A DNA stretch of 64,000 nt, from positions 11,842,001 to 11,906,000 of the forward strand of contig NC_081333.1 of NCBI RefSeq assembly GCF_022539665.2. Direction: 5' to 3'. Under the pieces are notes generated by a model. It worked only from the letters and a program-made list of their open reading frames with translations. It had not been told where the DNA came from and ran no database searches. Source of the stretch: Daphnia carinata (lineage: Eukaryota). The position numbers were made by a program, and so were the translations under genes. Shown one piece after another: positions 1-13,300 of this stretch. Each line of letters starts with the position of its first letter. Position 1 is the stretch's first letter.

Positions 1-764
1 AATGAGTCTGCTCTCAAGAAAAATTCGACCTCGAATATGGCGACGGCACTTCCCCTCAACTTGCTGGCACTCCCCGATACAAAAAATCTCATAAAACGAT
101 GATGTCTGCCACTCATTTTGTGATTTCTATTTTGTTTTTTTGTTTCTTTTTTTGGCAGGGCTTCAACTTTATTTTGTGTTGTTTTTAAAAAATAAAACAC
201 GGGAAGAAAAGACAGCGGGCCGGATACACCCACTAACTAATATTTAACACTGTGTTTTGTGCTGTGTGGACACATCGTCAAATGAGGCTTGTAAATGGTG
301 TGAAAAAATTCGGGCAAAAAAAAAAAAAAGCGCGTGAACGGATATACGTAAGCGGCCGAAATGATGGTTAATAATTACGTAATAAAGAAGAGCGGCTAAG
401 TTTTTATTTATTACACAGCCATGATATCCTTTGATGGCATAGTTTTTATTTTCTAAGTTGGTGGGATTGTTTGGCCGCCAACTCGTTCCCGTCTGTTTTT
501 ATTTCGTTTCGTCCCGCATTTCCTGTAGTTCATCGTGACCAACTCCCGAGCTCCCCTTGCTAATAATGCACGAAAGTAATGTTAACAAGACTCAGCTTTT
601 TTTTTTGCGCATATTTTTCGCCTCATTCGTTAAAAAAAATGAAAAAAAAAAAAAAGGAATGAAAAACAATGAACACATAGACGCAAAAACGTCACTAGTC
701 CACGGATGAACTGACCCGTGGGCCCCAATGAGTTTGCGGTCAGTTCAGGCCATTGATCGAAATG

Positions 765-1321
765 TGTGGGAACGGACCAACTCCAGAAAATAAAGAATAA
801 GAATTAAAACAAAGAAAGAAAGAAAAAAGAATAAAGAAATGAATAGAAGTCCAACAATGTTCTTGGCATTTGTACTGTACAGACTTGTATATGTTGCGTC
901 AATGAGAGAGAGATAGATACGGGCCGATCCCTTCTTTTTTTTTTTTTGGGTCCCCCAACCGTGCCCACAGCAGCGTGCATTATATGCTGATTGCATCAGA
1001 AAGAAGGGCTAAAGGAAAGACAAAAAAGAAAAAAAAAAAAAAAAAAACGAAATAGCGTGAGAAAACCGCCAACGTCCGCTAATGGCACAACTTCGTTTAT
1101 TAGATAAATGTGGGATTGCTCTACGTAAAAGAAGAGACGAAAAAGAAAAAGGGAAGGTCTAGACTTGGCGAAGAGAAAAACTAAAAACGGCCGATTTTGT
1201 TAAATAAGAGAAAAAGAAAAAGTCGTTCAGATTTTTTTTTTTTTTTCTGACCGCCGTAGTTGTCCCTGCCGATCGAGCCATTTATTTTCAAAGAGAAAAA
1301 AAAATCGGGAAATTTCTCACG
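765..1321. promoter_or_regulatory. Cluster of three Su(H)/CSL consensus sites (YGTGRGAA); candidate Notch-responsive enhancer
   Basis: TGTGGGAA 765-772 (+), CGTGAGAA 1056-1063 (+), TTCTCACG 1314-1321 (CGTGAGAA on minus). Motif match only. Confidence 0.35.
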
Positions 1322-2287
1322 AAAAAAAAAAAAATGTTCTGTTTTCGTGTATGCGGTTGTACTTGAAAGAAAGAAATTAAATTCTTCTTTCAGTTCCCCC
1401 CACGTATTCAACTTTTTTTCGTTTTTATTGTTCACTTTTTGAAAATTGGCGCGCCGGGTTGTCCGCCACTGACGTGCGGGCAATATCAGTTGAACGTCTC
1501 CTAGACAGCCGACCACTTTGAGGTTTTTCAACTTTATTGAAAAAAAAAAAAAAGAAAAGAAACGAGTCCAGCAATGAACCTCAAGTCACACAGGACGAAT
1601 AGCCAGTTGTCATTATTCCAGCGAAGGGCCAGCAAAGGTAACATCTTTTTTTTTAATTCCAAGTCCTTTCAGATAGAATACCGGTAAATTGTTGGTTACA
1701 GAGGTGAAAAAAGAGAGGAGAAAAATGGAGGTTATACGAGACTCGGTATGGACCATTTCGCTCTCAACGACCGCGGTAGCATTTTGACATGATGGCACGG
1801 CCTTGATGACATAGGGCGGAACTATAAAACAACAACAAAAAGAAGAAGAAGAAGAAGAAAAAAAGGGTATGATACCTTATTTGTTTAATGCAGATGAAAT
1901 AGCCGATTGCGACAACACATACGTACACGTTTGTGTCACTCCATCAATTTGATACGCGCAGATCTCTCGTACTTTTCGTAACATTTTCTAACAACAAATC
2001 GGACAGCCATTAAAAATGATTCTCTTCTCTTATTTTAAAGGAGTATTTTTTAAGAGTGTCTGCACGTTGGTAATAGTCCATCGTTGTACGTATAGTGTCT
2101 TAGTAATAGGTTCACTCTGAAGACGTTAGCCGTGCCTCTTCTTTTTTTTTTTTTTTTTTTTTCGTAAAAATGGTTTACCTCCTCTCATTTTGGACACTTC
2201 ACAGAAAGCCTCACAGGGCCACTCGGAATTGAAGGTGGGCATTTTATTATGCACATTTCGGTGTGTGTATATCGTTCCAGAGAGCTC

Positions 2288-2320
<33 letters not shown>

Positions 2321-2431
2321 CCCTCATTCGGATATCTGTTTTAGTGTATCTTAATAGCGTGTGATCATCTCTCGACCCCTCGGGTCCGTGCGTATTATCT
2401 AACACACATACAAGATTTTTATTTATTTTTT

Positions 2432-2551
<120 letters not shown>

Positions 2552-3465
2552 ACTATCTCTTGTTTAAAGTACCTATCGCCTTTTGCCTTATCCACTCTTT
2601 CATCTATTCACTGCCACCGGCCGCCCGGGACGAGTTCAGACTGTATTTTTTTTTTTTTTGTGAAAACGGATCCATATCGACGTGTCCGTGAAAATAGTGA
2701 ATCAACGTGTATAGATATCGGTAGATCCCCGCAGCGTCCATTGTCGTTCATCTTGAAAGAAATGGATATTATATCATACTATCTCCTTTTTTTTTTTTTT
2801 AATGTAGCAGCAGCTAATATACTACAGGGTCTGATAGGAGCCCGGATATCTCATCAGAGCAAGGCAAAAAGGGAATGCGATCAGTCCCATATTTTTGGCC
2901 CGTGAATTGCGCTGATATTTCTTTGAAAGTGAAGATCGTAAAAATATATCAACAGCATTGGACAGTGTCAAGCCTTTCCATTTATAGCATCACTTCGATT
3001 ATAGCGTGAGACACAGACAAAAATATAAACGAACCTTGTTTTTTTTTGTTTTTTTTTAGCTTCCCAACTGAGCGTGACGGGATCCGGTTATAATCGGGTA
3101 GACGCATTTCACGAACGCTATAGCCTTTCTTCGGTTCTTCGAATGGAATTCAGAGATGAGCACATATTCTTTTAAAATCGCATTAATAATAAAAGAAAGA
3201 AAAAAAAAGAAATAGCCATCTCAGTCAGGGTTTTTGCGGCGATCTTGTGAGATTACGTAATACTGGTGGGTAGAACGAAGAATTCCGCTGATGGGTATCG
3301 TCATAGTTGTTGGAAAGCGTAGAGAGAAGTCGTTAGTTCTTAGTCGTAATAGTTATACGTATGGCAAGGAGCCGGGGAAATGCCGCGTCAAAATAATCTA
3401 CATGGCTAATATTTCTAATGACGATTCGAATTTCCGCAGTCGTTGAGATAAGAAAATTTATTTTG

Positions 3466-3496
<31 letters not shown>

Positions 3497-4749
3497 GGAA
3501 GAAAGAAAAACGATGAGGGGCATCCAAAAGTACGCCCAGTGGCGATCAATAGATTGTTATGCTGGCCAAAAAAAAAAAAAAAAAAAAAAGCCATAAAAAC
3601 GAATGGAAAGAAAGACTAATTAAGACGTGCATCTAAAAATCGAAGTACCCCCCCTCTCTCTCTCTCTTTAAATTTTGTTCCCTGGCTGACTAGATTTACC
3701 ATTCTAATTTCTTATACTCTCACCTTTATTTTTATTTTTTTTTATTATAAACGTCTTGACTTATTTCTGTCGTCGCCCTCTTTCGATCTCCGACTATTTC
3801 GATTATGTACATTTCTTTATACCCTTTTATTCATATCGAATAGAATGGAGAATTAAATGGAACGGGCGCTTGAATCTGATCTAGCGCGTTCCGATCGGCT
3901 TTAAGTTTGATAAGATGCGATTCAGATTACAATTTCTTGTCGGCCAAATGAATCACATATAGCTGAAACAGTTTTATTCATTCTTTGAGCTAAAGAACTT
4001 ACGAGAGAAATGAACGAATGTCATGTTTATTTATAGATTGCTATACATATACATACGTGTATACACACGGTGATACTCGCCTATAAACAGAACAAAAACA
4101 GAGAAAGACTATATACATAATAATATAAAGACATTTGGTATTTTTTTTTTCTATTCTTTTGTTTTGCTTAGTAATAAGAATATGTAAATGCGTATGTTTC
4201 CCTTTTGGAGGGGGGCATCAACAGCGATCCATTTTCGGATGCGTTGAGGTTATATACAGATATAGTGTTGCTGTAGTTGTTACGTGCGAAGGGAGTGAGG
4301 GGAAGAGATATAAAATAAGAGTGAGGATAGCATAGCGTGTCGTATAATAAATCAAAGGGCAAAGGTGCCCAAAGGTGCGCTCACGCTGGAATCGGTCCAA
4401 TTAACTTCTTTTTAAAAGTGTGCTAACTATTTTCGTGTAGAGGACCTCCCTCTTCAGCTGGTAGACAATGCGTTTACAACTGGCGTGTGCTACAGTCCAA
4501 CCAAAAAAAAACAAACACACACACACACACACAAGGACTGTGTGCATATCATGCTTTTTCATAGCGTGTATATGCAAAACCAGTTGGTCTTTTAAATAAA
4601 TGCATTAGTCGTGGGTTCACCATTAGTTGTTTATACAGACTGCTCTGTGATTACGATAGCATTGGTCTTCGGTGATTTGCCATTGGAGCGTAACTAGTTA
4701 CGATAATAGAGAAAATGATATGATATGTTAAGACGCATTAACGACTTTG

Positions 4750-5500
4750 ATTTTAAATAACACAAAATCTATAAGCTCTACAAGAAAACGAAGTTGATTT
4801 TCGTGATTCCTCTTTAATTTTGAATGTAAATCATGTATTTTCATAGCTCCATATAGGTTTTTAAACAAAATGATTATAATAAATAAAGTCGGGCTTATTT
4901 TTTAAGGCCGACTTTTTCGTGAAAGTAGTCGCGCTTAAAATTATAACTTGGAATTCAATTTAAAATAACCTGCTATAACGAAAATTGACCACTGATTCCG
5001 GATAAAATATTATTTTTTCAACCCGTGAGGTGGTTTTTTACTAAAACCAGAAGAAAGTGATTTTCGCTTATAACCACTTTGAACTTAAATAACTCAAAAA
5101 CGATAAGACTTGCGTCCAAATAAACTTGAAATTGGTGATTTTCTTTCAATTTTGAATCGAAATCATGCATTTCAAACAATATCTTAAATTTTAGCCAAAA
5201 ATGGAAAAGTGGGAAGGCTTATAGCCTTCTCACTTTTGTCAAAATTCGTAAAATATGACATGTCTTTGAATTCATTGGAAATCACACGTTATAATTAAAA
5301 TTTGACGCTGATTTCGAAAAAAGCATTAATTTTTTTGATCAAACCAGCTAATGCTTGGATATACGGAACCAAAATACTGCATGCGCGCAAGCATTATCCG
5401 TTTTCTATGAGTTTATTTGACAAAACCATAAACCCAACGTTAGAAATACACTTCATGCTCGTGATTATCTTTCAATTTTTATTCAGAATTATGTATGGAA
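4750..5500. repeat. Decayed ~330-bp-period AT-rich repeat with internal hairpins (probable non-autonomous element or satellite relic)
   Basis: Motif GTGATT..CTTTYAATTTT....AATYATGYAT recurs at 4803, 5135 and 5461. The first two copies are preceded by AAATAACWCAAAA...ATAAG. Hairpins at 4885-4915 and 5205-5237. Confidence 0.5.
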
Positions 5501-8500
5501 TTCCCCGTTTTGTGGCCAATGACAACATACACCAAGGTTTGGATTTAAATCTACGGTTGTTGCATGGAAAATTCGTTTGTTGTTGTTGCCATTTCTTTTC
5601 GTTGCCTCGAAGCACAGGTGTTTCTTGTAGTGTTGTAGCAGTGGAATAAAAGGGACGTCCCTATGCCAACGGTTCTTTCAAATTAGACAATTAACGCGTC
5701 AACGGGACAATATCCAATCGGTGGTGCAAGCAGGACCACCGTGAAGTCGGCCATTCGCTCTCTTTTCGCACGTCTGTTTGGGACGTAGAAATTTCAATGA
5801 TGGAAACTCTATTAAACCACGCCCAATTGTTGCTCGCAATCCTATGTCAAAAAAAAAAAAAAAAAAATAGCTAATTTGAAAAGCCCACGGTAAATAGCTG
5901 CGGTTGTTGCTTGAAACGTACCCGATGACACTCCATCCACCTGATCTTTAAAGTCTCTTTATTGGATGGCTTCGCGTATAGGGTGAACCCGTCTAGCGGG
6001 TTATTGCGATAAGATGCGTATGCAAATCAACTCGTAAAGGTAAAACAACAAAAAAAAAACGACCTTTTTTTGGCGAGTACAACGACCAATCACTACGTGA
6101 CGTGCTGAGCTAACCACTGAGAAGCGCCAAAACAATTTGAGCCTTTCGTTTTGTGATCATTCAACATCGGCCGATCATTCGGAACAAAGTTGAACGTTTA
6201 AGTGAGCAAAGGTGATTATTAACCTGCCAGGCTAAAGGGATGTGCGTGATGAAGATTTTCCCCATTTTCTTTCGTTTACTTTTTTTAATGTTTTGGTGGG
6301 GGAGACGTATGGCGAAGTATTTTAAACGTGGCGGCTTCTTTAGCCTCGATGCCAATTGCTCAAACACTTTGTTTTGGTCTTTTCTTTTAATTAAATCACC
6401 GTTTAATGTCTTAAGCGCCATATAATCTTATGTGTACGTGCCTCGTTACGTGTCGAATTTTTTTTTTTTCTCCCAAAAATAATTTTAACGGCCATCGTTT
6501 GACCTCGTCGTGCCATTTGGATGTTATAACTTTTACCTTCTACAACATTTCCTCTTTTGCGTATCTCTCTCCTCGAGATTTTAAAATATATGAAATATAA
6601 AAAATGCGTATATATGCTAATGAAAGACATTTGAGACATTGATGACGGCTCGTATCCATACCTCGGCGTAATTTCTTCTTTCACGCCGGTGTTATCTTTC
6701 CCCCCACCTCGGCCCCTATTAACGGCCTGTTAAAAAGAAAAGGCTGCCTCCTTTTTTAGTGCTCAACTTGCAGCAGCAACAACAACAATCAAACCTTCGC
6801 CTCTATTAAAAGGTTCACCGTTTCTGCCGGTATAAATTGTAATTACGAACGCGCGGGGACCCGTGATCAAAGAATTTCTCGCCACAGATATAGGAGGCGC
6901 CCTATACAACACCCAACAGAAGAAATGAACACCTTTTTGGCCTTCAAAAAAACTAAAGGAATCTAAAAAAGAAAAAATTCTTGTGTTAAAAAAAATTGAG
7001 AAAAAGGAAAAAAAAAATAATATACTGACCAGTTGATGCGGACGGACGCTGGGACGGGCAGCGGGAAGCTTTTTTTTTATACACCCACCATAAATGGAGA
7101 GGATATACACGCACTTAAGGGGGGGGGGGATTTAATCATTAGAGTTCGGTGCTAACCTCTTGATAAAACCGACGTTGTGATCTCAGAAGAAGAAGAAGAA
7201 AATAAAACGGAAAGTCTATGAACCGATTTAAAAGTCAATATCCTGCGGGGCACTTCTATACGGTCAGCTGAGAACACTTGTGTTCTTGTTTCTCTCCTGT
7301 CAGCCTTATTTTTCTGATGGATCGCTTCCAATTCTCAGATTTTCTTTTTTTGTTTATTATCATTGCCTCATTTCGTATGCATGGATGTCGCGTGAGGTGC
7401 ACCGCAAAAGTCGTCCCCCCTCCGTTAGTTTAACGAACGAGGGACCCATTACGTTTGTTTGATTATCGAAACGATTGTTTTGATTACTCGTATCTGGTTG
7501 AAAACATTACTGATTTGATTGTAATGCCATGCTATTTAACACGATCAAGGTTAAATAGGAGAATTTAGCGATAACGCAAACGAAACATTATCGTTCAAAA
7601 AGGAGATGATAAGAATTTAATTGGTTCGGCTAATTCGCGATCACGCCAAATGATTTGAGCTTGAGGGCATTACCTAAGACAGCGTGATACTCCATACGAA
7701 GAAAAGGCGTGGTACTGTAAGCGAATGCTTTCATAATCAAAAACAAGTTAGTGATTTGCCCATTTTCATCATCAATTTCGCGATGTTCGAGATAAAGTCT
7801 ATAAGTTAAGACCAGTTTGATTAGCGGTCGAAATCCGGTCTTTTTGTAATTAAGACTAACTTCAAAGAATTTCTGTTTTTTTTCTTCGAAAAGGTCGTCA
7901 TCTTGACACCGGTCAAAGCTATGCCAAACATAATTATTTTATTTTTTAAGGTCTGCTTTATTTACGAGTGTCAACTGTTGGACGCACAAAGCAGACGCGT
8001 TTGGGCCAGCGATTCAGGCAACACGCTATTGCATAACGCATGTCTTTAAACGGCGCAACAATATGGATCTTAATGAGATTGAAATCAGTATTGAATGGAT
8101 AGATTCAGCCGAGTGAAAATCTTTCACCATACCGGATCACTAAAGCCGAAGAAAACATTTTTTTTTTTTTTTCTTCTTTATAAGGCCGAGGATACATCAT
8201 TTCAAGACGATATAGCAATTTGGCCCTTTTTTGGGGCCTGGTAGAGTTCCTTGATGAGAGAGAAGTGTTTGTCTTTTGATTTGCTATCCGCGTGGATGGA
8301 GCACGTGATGGCCATAAGATACGGATCTAAGAATGTTTTAATGGCGATGACAAAAGGCCAACCAGTTGCGTTCGTACTACATTAGCAGAAGAATTATGGA
8401 TGTAAAAACGAAGAGGAAGAAAAGAAAAGAAATATTCGTGCATTGTGCTTGATGGTTGGCTGCGGGCAGAAGCACCTCATTTGAATCAGTAAATCAGTTT

Positions 8501-10295
8501 CCTTGTGGATCTGACGCTCAATAAAACACTGACCGCATCACAGAGAGAAAGATTGCATCGCCAAAGACACCTGCTGCTCATCTAATGTTCAAAATTCTAG
8601 ATTAAAAGTGATGCTAAAAAAAAAAGAAGAACTTTGAAAAAAAAAAAAAAAAAATCTGGTATCTATTGCCAACCGGCCCAGTTCCGGTGCGAAACTTTTC
8701 GCCTGGACTTGTGAGAAAAAAGAAAAAGAAACGTTAAAAATAAGAATAAGAATAATAATAAAACGTATATTCCCGTACGTCAGTTAAAGAGAAGGGGGAA
8801 ACAAACTAATTAATGTTAATGAAACAACCAGGGTTTTTTTTTTTTTTTTATTTTTTTTATTTTCGTTGAATTTAGGAGGAGGAAGACTAGGCTGCTAAAT
8901 GCCCCGAAGAGAAATTATCCGGAGCGAAATGTGTGGAACTGGTTAAACCATCAAAAGAAAAAAGAAAAAGATTAAATAAAAAACCGAGAAGGTGTGTACG
9001 ATTACAAGGAGAGAGAGGGGGGAAATAACACACTTCCTTCTTACTTCATTTCCCCTTTATAATTAGCGACTGTGTGAAAAAAGAAATGAAAACAAAAGGT
9101 GAAGTGGATGATGACATAGTTGATGTATACGCACGATTGTAGGAATTAGTTACGCATTCATTTTTTTTTTTTTACAAGTTACTTGAACTTTCGTAATTTA
9201 GTCTAGTCAGTCTTCTTTTCTATTTGGTCGCATTGGCTCCGTCCTTCTTTCTTTTTCCGCACCTAGACGGGCAGCCGACCATTTCCGTTAGTCTTTTTTT
9301 TTTTCGCTTTCCATTCGATTCTCGAGGCCCTCTTTTTTTTTTTTTCGTTGTAAGATCGACGTTGAATAAAAGAAGGATAAATGCAGAAAATAGTTGAAGA
9401 GATTTACAGCGCGGATAGGATCAGCAGTGCGGATCGCCGTTGGTGTGTAATCTTTTTCTTTGCACAAATAAGAAAAAAGAAATTCCGAGGAAAAATGGAG
9501 ATTGTAATTTAATGATAGAAATGGACGTGCTGCCAACTACTTGGCTATTTCATTCCCCCTCGATCGTTCTTTTTCTCTCTCCACCCTTTTGATTCTAGTC
9601 AGAAAACCCCAATCATGATTGTTTATTCTTCTTCTTACACGACTTAATCATCGCGATGCGCTTTCACGTTTTTTTTATTATTGCAGTTTTCCTTTTTTTT
9701 ATTCTTTTCTTTTATTTGTTTTTTTTTTTTTACTTGAATTTCGAAAGTCTGGTCGAAACACAGTTGTACTGGCCTTCGATTCAAGAGGATCTCCTCCGGC
9801 CTTTTTTGATCCACACTCGTTCATCACGATTACTTAGTATAGTCGAACTCTCATCAGGTGTATTCGGCTGCATGCCCATTCATTCAGAAGTCCGAAAAAG
9901 AAATAAATAAAACATATTGAAATTTAATGACGTACGTGTGTATCTCTTAAATCTGCACAAATTGCAATCCCAAATGAGAGTTTTCATTGTTTTTACGACG
10001 GTCAACGTGAAACATCAACTTTTAAGAAGTTAGTCTAACATTTTTGGCTTTATTCCCATTAAATTTTCCCACTTTACGTTTCTTATTCATCACTTTCTTA
10101 TTGGTCCAACAGGTACGTGTTGAATGCTAGAGTCTATAACGAGGCAAATCTAGCGAGGAGACGAACCGGTTGGAAATATTTCAAAAGCTCCTCGTCAACA
10201 AGTTCCTCACTCAGCTGTTGCTGTCCGCTTATAGTAGCCTATCTAACTATATTTATAGACGTTTAATTTATTTTTTTTTTATTTAACCATGTACG

Positions 10296-10300
<5 letters not shown>

Positions 10301-10328
<28 letters not shown>
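10301..10328. repeat. (AT)14 microsatellite
   Basis: Read directly. Confidence 0.9.
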
Positions 10329-10335
<7 letters not shown>

Positions 10336-13300
10336 AATAGGTAGAAAGAAGCTTCTCCTTTCTCCCTGTCCTACATGTTTGGGCTGCTTCGTGTTGAGAG
10401 AGCCGTGACAAACGATGAAAATGCTGTGGCGTTTTGTCCGTGTACAAACAGTTTACTTGTAAACGCGGAACACACAAGAAGATAATGACCCCTCCGTCCT
10501 CGGACCTTCCTTTTCTACAAAGCAAAACATTACGTTCAGATGGATAACTCTTTTTTTTTTTTCCACCTTTCCTTGTTTATTGCCGTGTTCTTTTTGCTGT
10601 TGTTGTTGCTGTTGTTCTCGAGCAGAGTGAGGACGGTTTAATGAAACGAAATGTTAATATGCGTATACATGTGAAAGTTATGCGTTCTTTTGCCTTGGTA
10701 AAAAAAAAAAAAAAAAAAAATCAACAACTATTTCCTTGTTGCTGACTGAAAGATTTCGATTTTTGCATTTTCGTATATTTTGCCAACTGCCCCCAGGTGC
10801 TACTTTTCTTAGGTATCCCCAATTGCGGATGACTGATTGCCTGTAATGAAAGGCTTTTGCCAATTTATTTTTTATTCCACGTTTTTGGTATAAATGTGAT
10901 GACAAGTTTTTTCGCGTTCTCTAAGCGCCGATTGAACCGAAAGTTCCCCGCGATTAAGTACAACACCACAAGACGTGGCCTTTGTGGCGAGCATCGCCAG
11001 TAAGTGGAACCTCTTATCGATCGATGATGAATTTCGATTTAAAAAATAGAGCGCTCCTACGCGCGGGGGAAGATAAGAATCTCGATTCAGTACCGTTCCA
11101 GCACGACAGAGTCTAAAAAAAATAAAATGGCCAAGAAAAGACTTGAGGTCGTCATTCTCGAATTTTATTCTCTTTCCATGCGTATATGGCGTAAGAACTG
11201 GAATACAAGGTGCTCCGTTAGCGCGATCGTGCTATACTGGAACGTCTCTCACAATAGGGCAGGTACAAAACGAACGGAGAGAATAGAAACGGAAGAGGAA
11301 TTTCACGATTGAAAAACGTGTATAGAGATACGATAGCTTTTTTAAGGTGGCCAGTGTGTAAAGAGTTGCTGATTCACACTCTTTGTGTCCGTCGACCAAA
11401 GCTGGAACGAGTCAAGAAAAAATGTTATTAACAGTCGCGCCTGTATTGAATTTTTCAAGATTTCCGGCTGCTTTCGTTGAGTGCAGCAAAACTCCTGACA
11501 CGCGCGTCCATTTCATCTTCGTGTTGAATGAATCAAGAAGAGTGATGATGTGAGGACCCGCAAATTGATTAACAAAAAAAGAAAAATGGACGGGCCGCCG
11601 TAGGTTTTCTTATCACACACAAGCCCGTCAAACGAGGAACAATTTTTCGTTTCGTTTTCGAAAGCAGTTTTTCGAAAAGCAGGCAGCGGGAAATTCGAAT
11701 CACGGAATGCAAATGGTTAACCTGATCATTATGCATGTGTGTGTATCTGTAGGGATACAAGACGGTTCGTGTTCTACATATACGCTAATTATTAAGAAGA
11801 AAAAGAAAAAGAAAAGAAAAAAAAAAACGGTATTAAATTTACGAGCTACAGGAATGATTCCCGACGTAATTCTTCAACACTTCTCGGGGCGTGAATATTA
11901 GTAAGGGTACTTGACCTTCGCTTGATCGACGTGTTGTTCTCTAAACTATTTCGCCCATCACCGAAATGCATGCAGGGCTTGCCTCGACTGTGGCTAGACA
12001 AGAGCCAACATTTCTGACCCGAACGGTATAACATGAATATTCTAATTGACACGCATTCGCATTGCGGTAGCCCCGCAAGTTGTTCGATGCACTTTTCACC
12101 TGGTGACGACACGCGTTTATTAACCTCATGTCAACAATCATGTGAGTGCCAAACTGGTTTTAAAAAAAAACAAACAAGAAATTCGAAATGTTTTTGAGGG
12201 CTCAAAAAAATCGAGCTGATTCCAGTGCCCACACGTCATAACAATCAAAGATTTGTCGGGAAAGGTATAACAGACAGATACGAGTGCCACATATATTCTA
12301 ACTCCTTGACGTAATATGACGTTGATCCCCTGAAGCCATTTTCCGAGAACTTTAAAAAGAAAAGGAAGACATTTTCATTTTTTTTTTTTTACTGGGCGTC
12401 TAGTGTCGTGCGCTGTGTTTCATTGTCCGTCAACGTATTATGATAATAAAATAGACTGTAACAATCTCCCACCCGTTTCATTCAATAGAAAGATGGAGCC
12501 GTATAGAAGAGAAAGAAAATTGTGTGGCATTAAGCAGTGACTTTTCCTTTTTTTTTTTTTTTTTTTTTTACATCCTTTTTTTTTAAACATGAATGCTTTT
12601 CTTATTTCCTTTTATGCAAGGTAGCACTAGATATTTATGATTATACAGTAACGGGCTAGGCTGTATACATTCCAGACTGGAGGTTCATCATCAAAGTGTA
12701 AGTAGTTCATTCCTTTCTATGACACGGCCGCGTGATGATAACGTGAACGTTGCATATCTCTTTTTAGAAGGTGACCCTTCTGTTATCATTTTACACGCTG
12801 GTGCGCATTGCTAACAAGTAAATGTATAAAACTAGACCTTATTGTATATCATCTTTTTCTTTTTTTTTTTTACAAGCGTAAAATAGACATTCTTTTAATT
12901 CAACCCTCAAGATAGAAGGGAGAGAAAGAACCGCGCGGGTCAACTGACGCAGCAAGTTCCGAAACATGATTATGTTGGTCCATCAGAGCGAATCCGTCGT
13001 GGGTTCTATAGCCGCGTCCAGCGGACTGCCTCAACAACTTTGCCTGTTCACCATTTTCAAGTTGACGAGTGCCTCGGGTCGTCTTCTTTTCATAACATAA
13101 TTCGTTCAAGTATGGCTCGATCACGGACGACTGACGGTCTCTTATATACATCCTCATCATCGTAAACCAGGATGTATAAAATAGATTTTTAAAAAAAATG
13201 AGAAAAGAAAAAAAGAAAACTGTATGAAAGTAACAGACCTCTCGAAGTTGTTTCAGGGCGATGCCAATAAAATCAAAGGATGTATTAAGGCTATATTGGA

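Noticed and set aside
4689..4702. 14-bp palindrome CGTAACTAGTTACG
   Set aside because: 7-bp arms are expected by chance several times in 64 kb.
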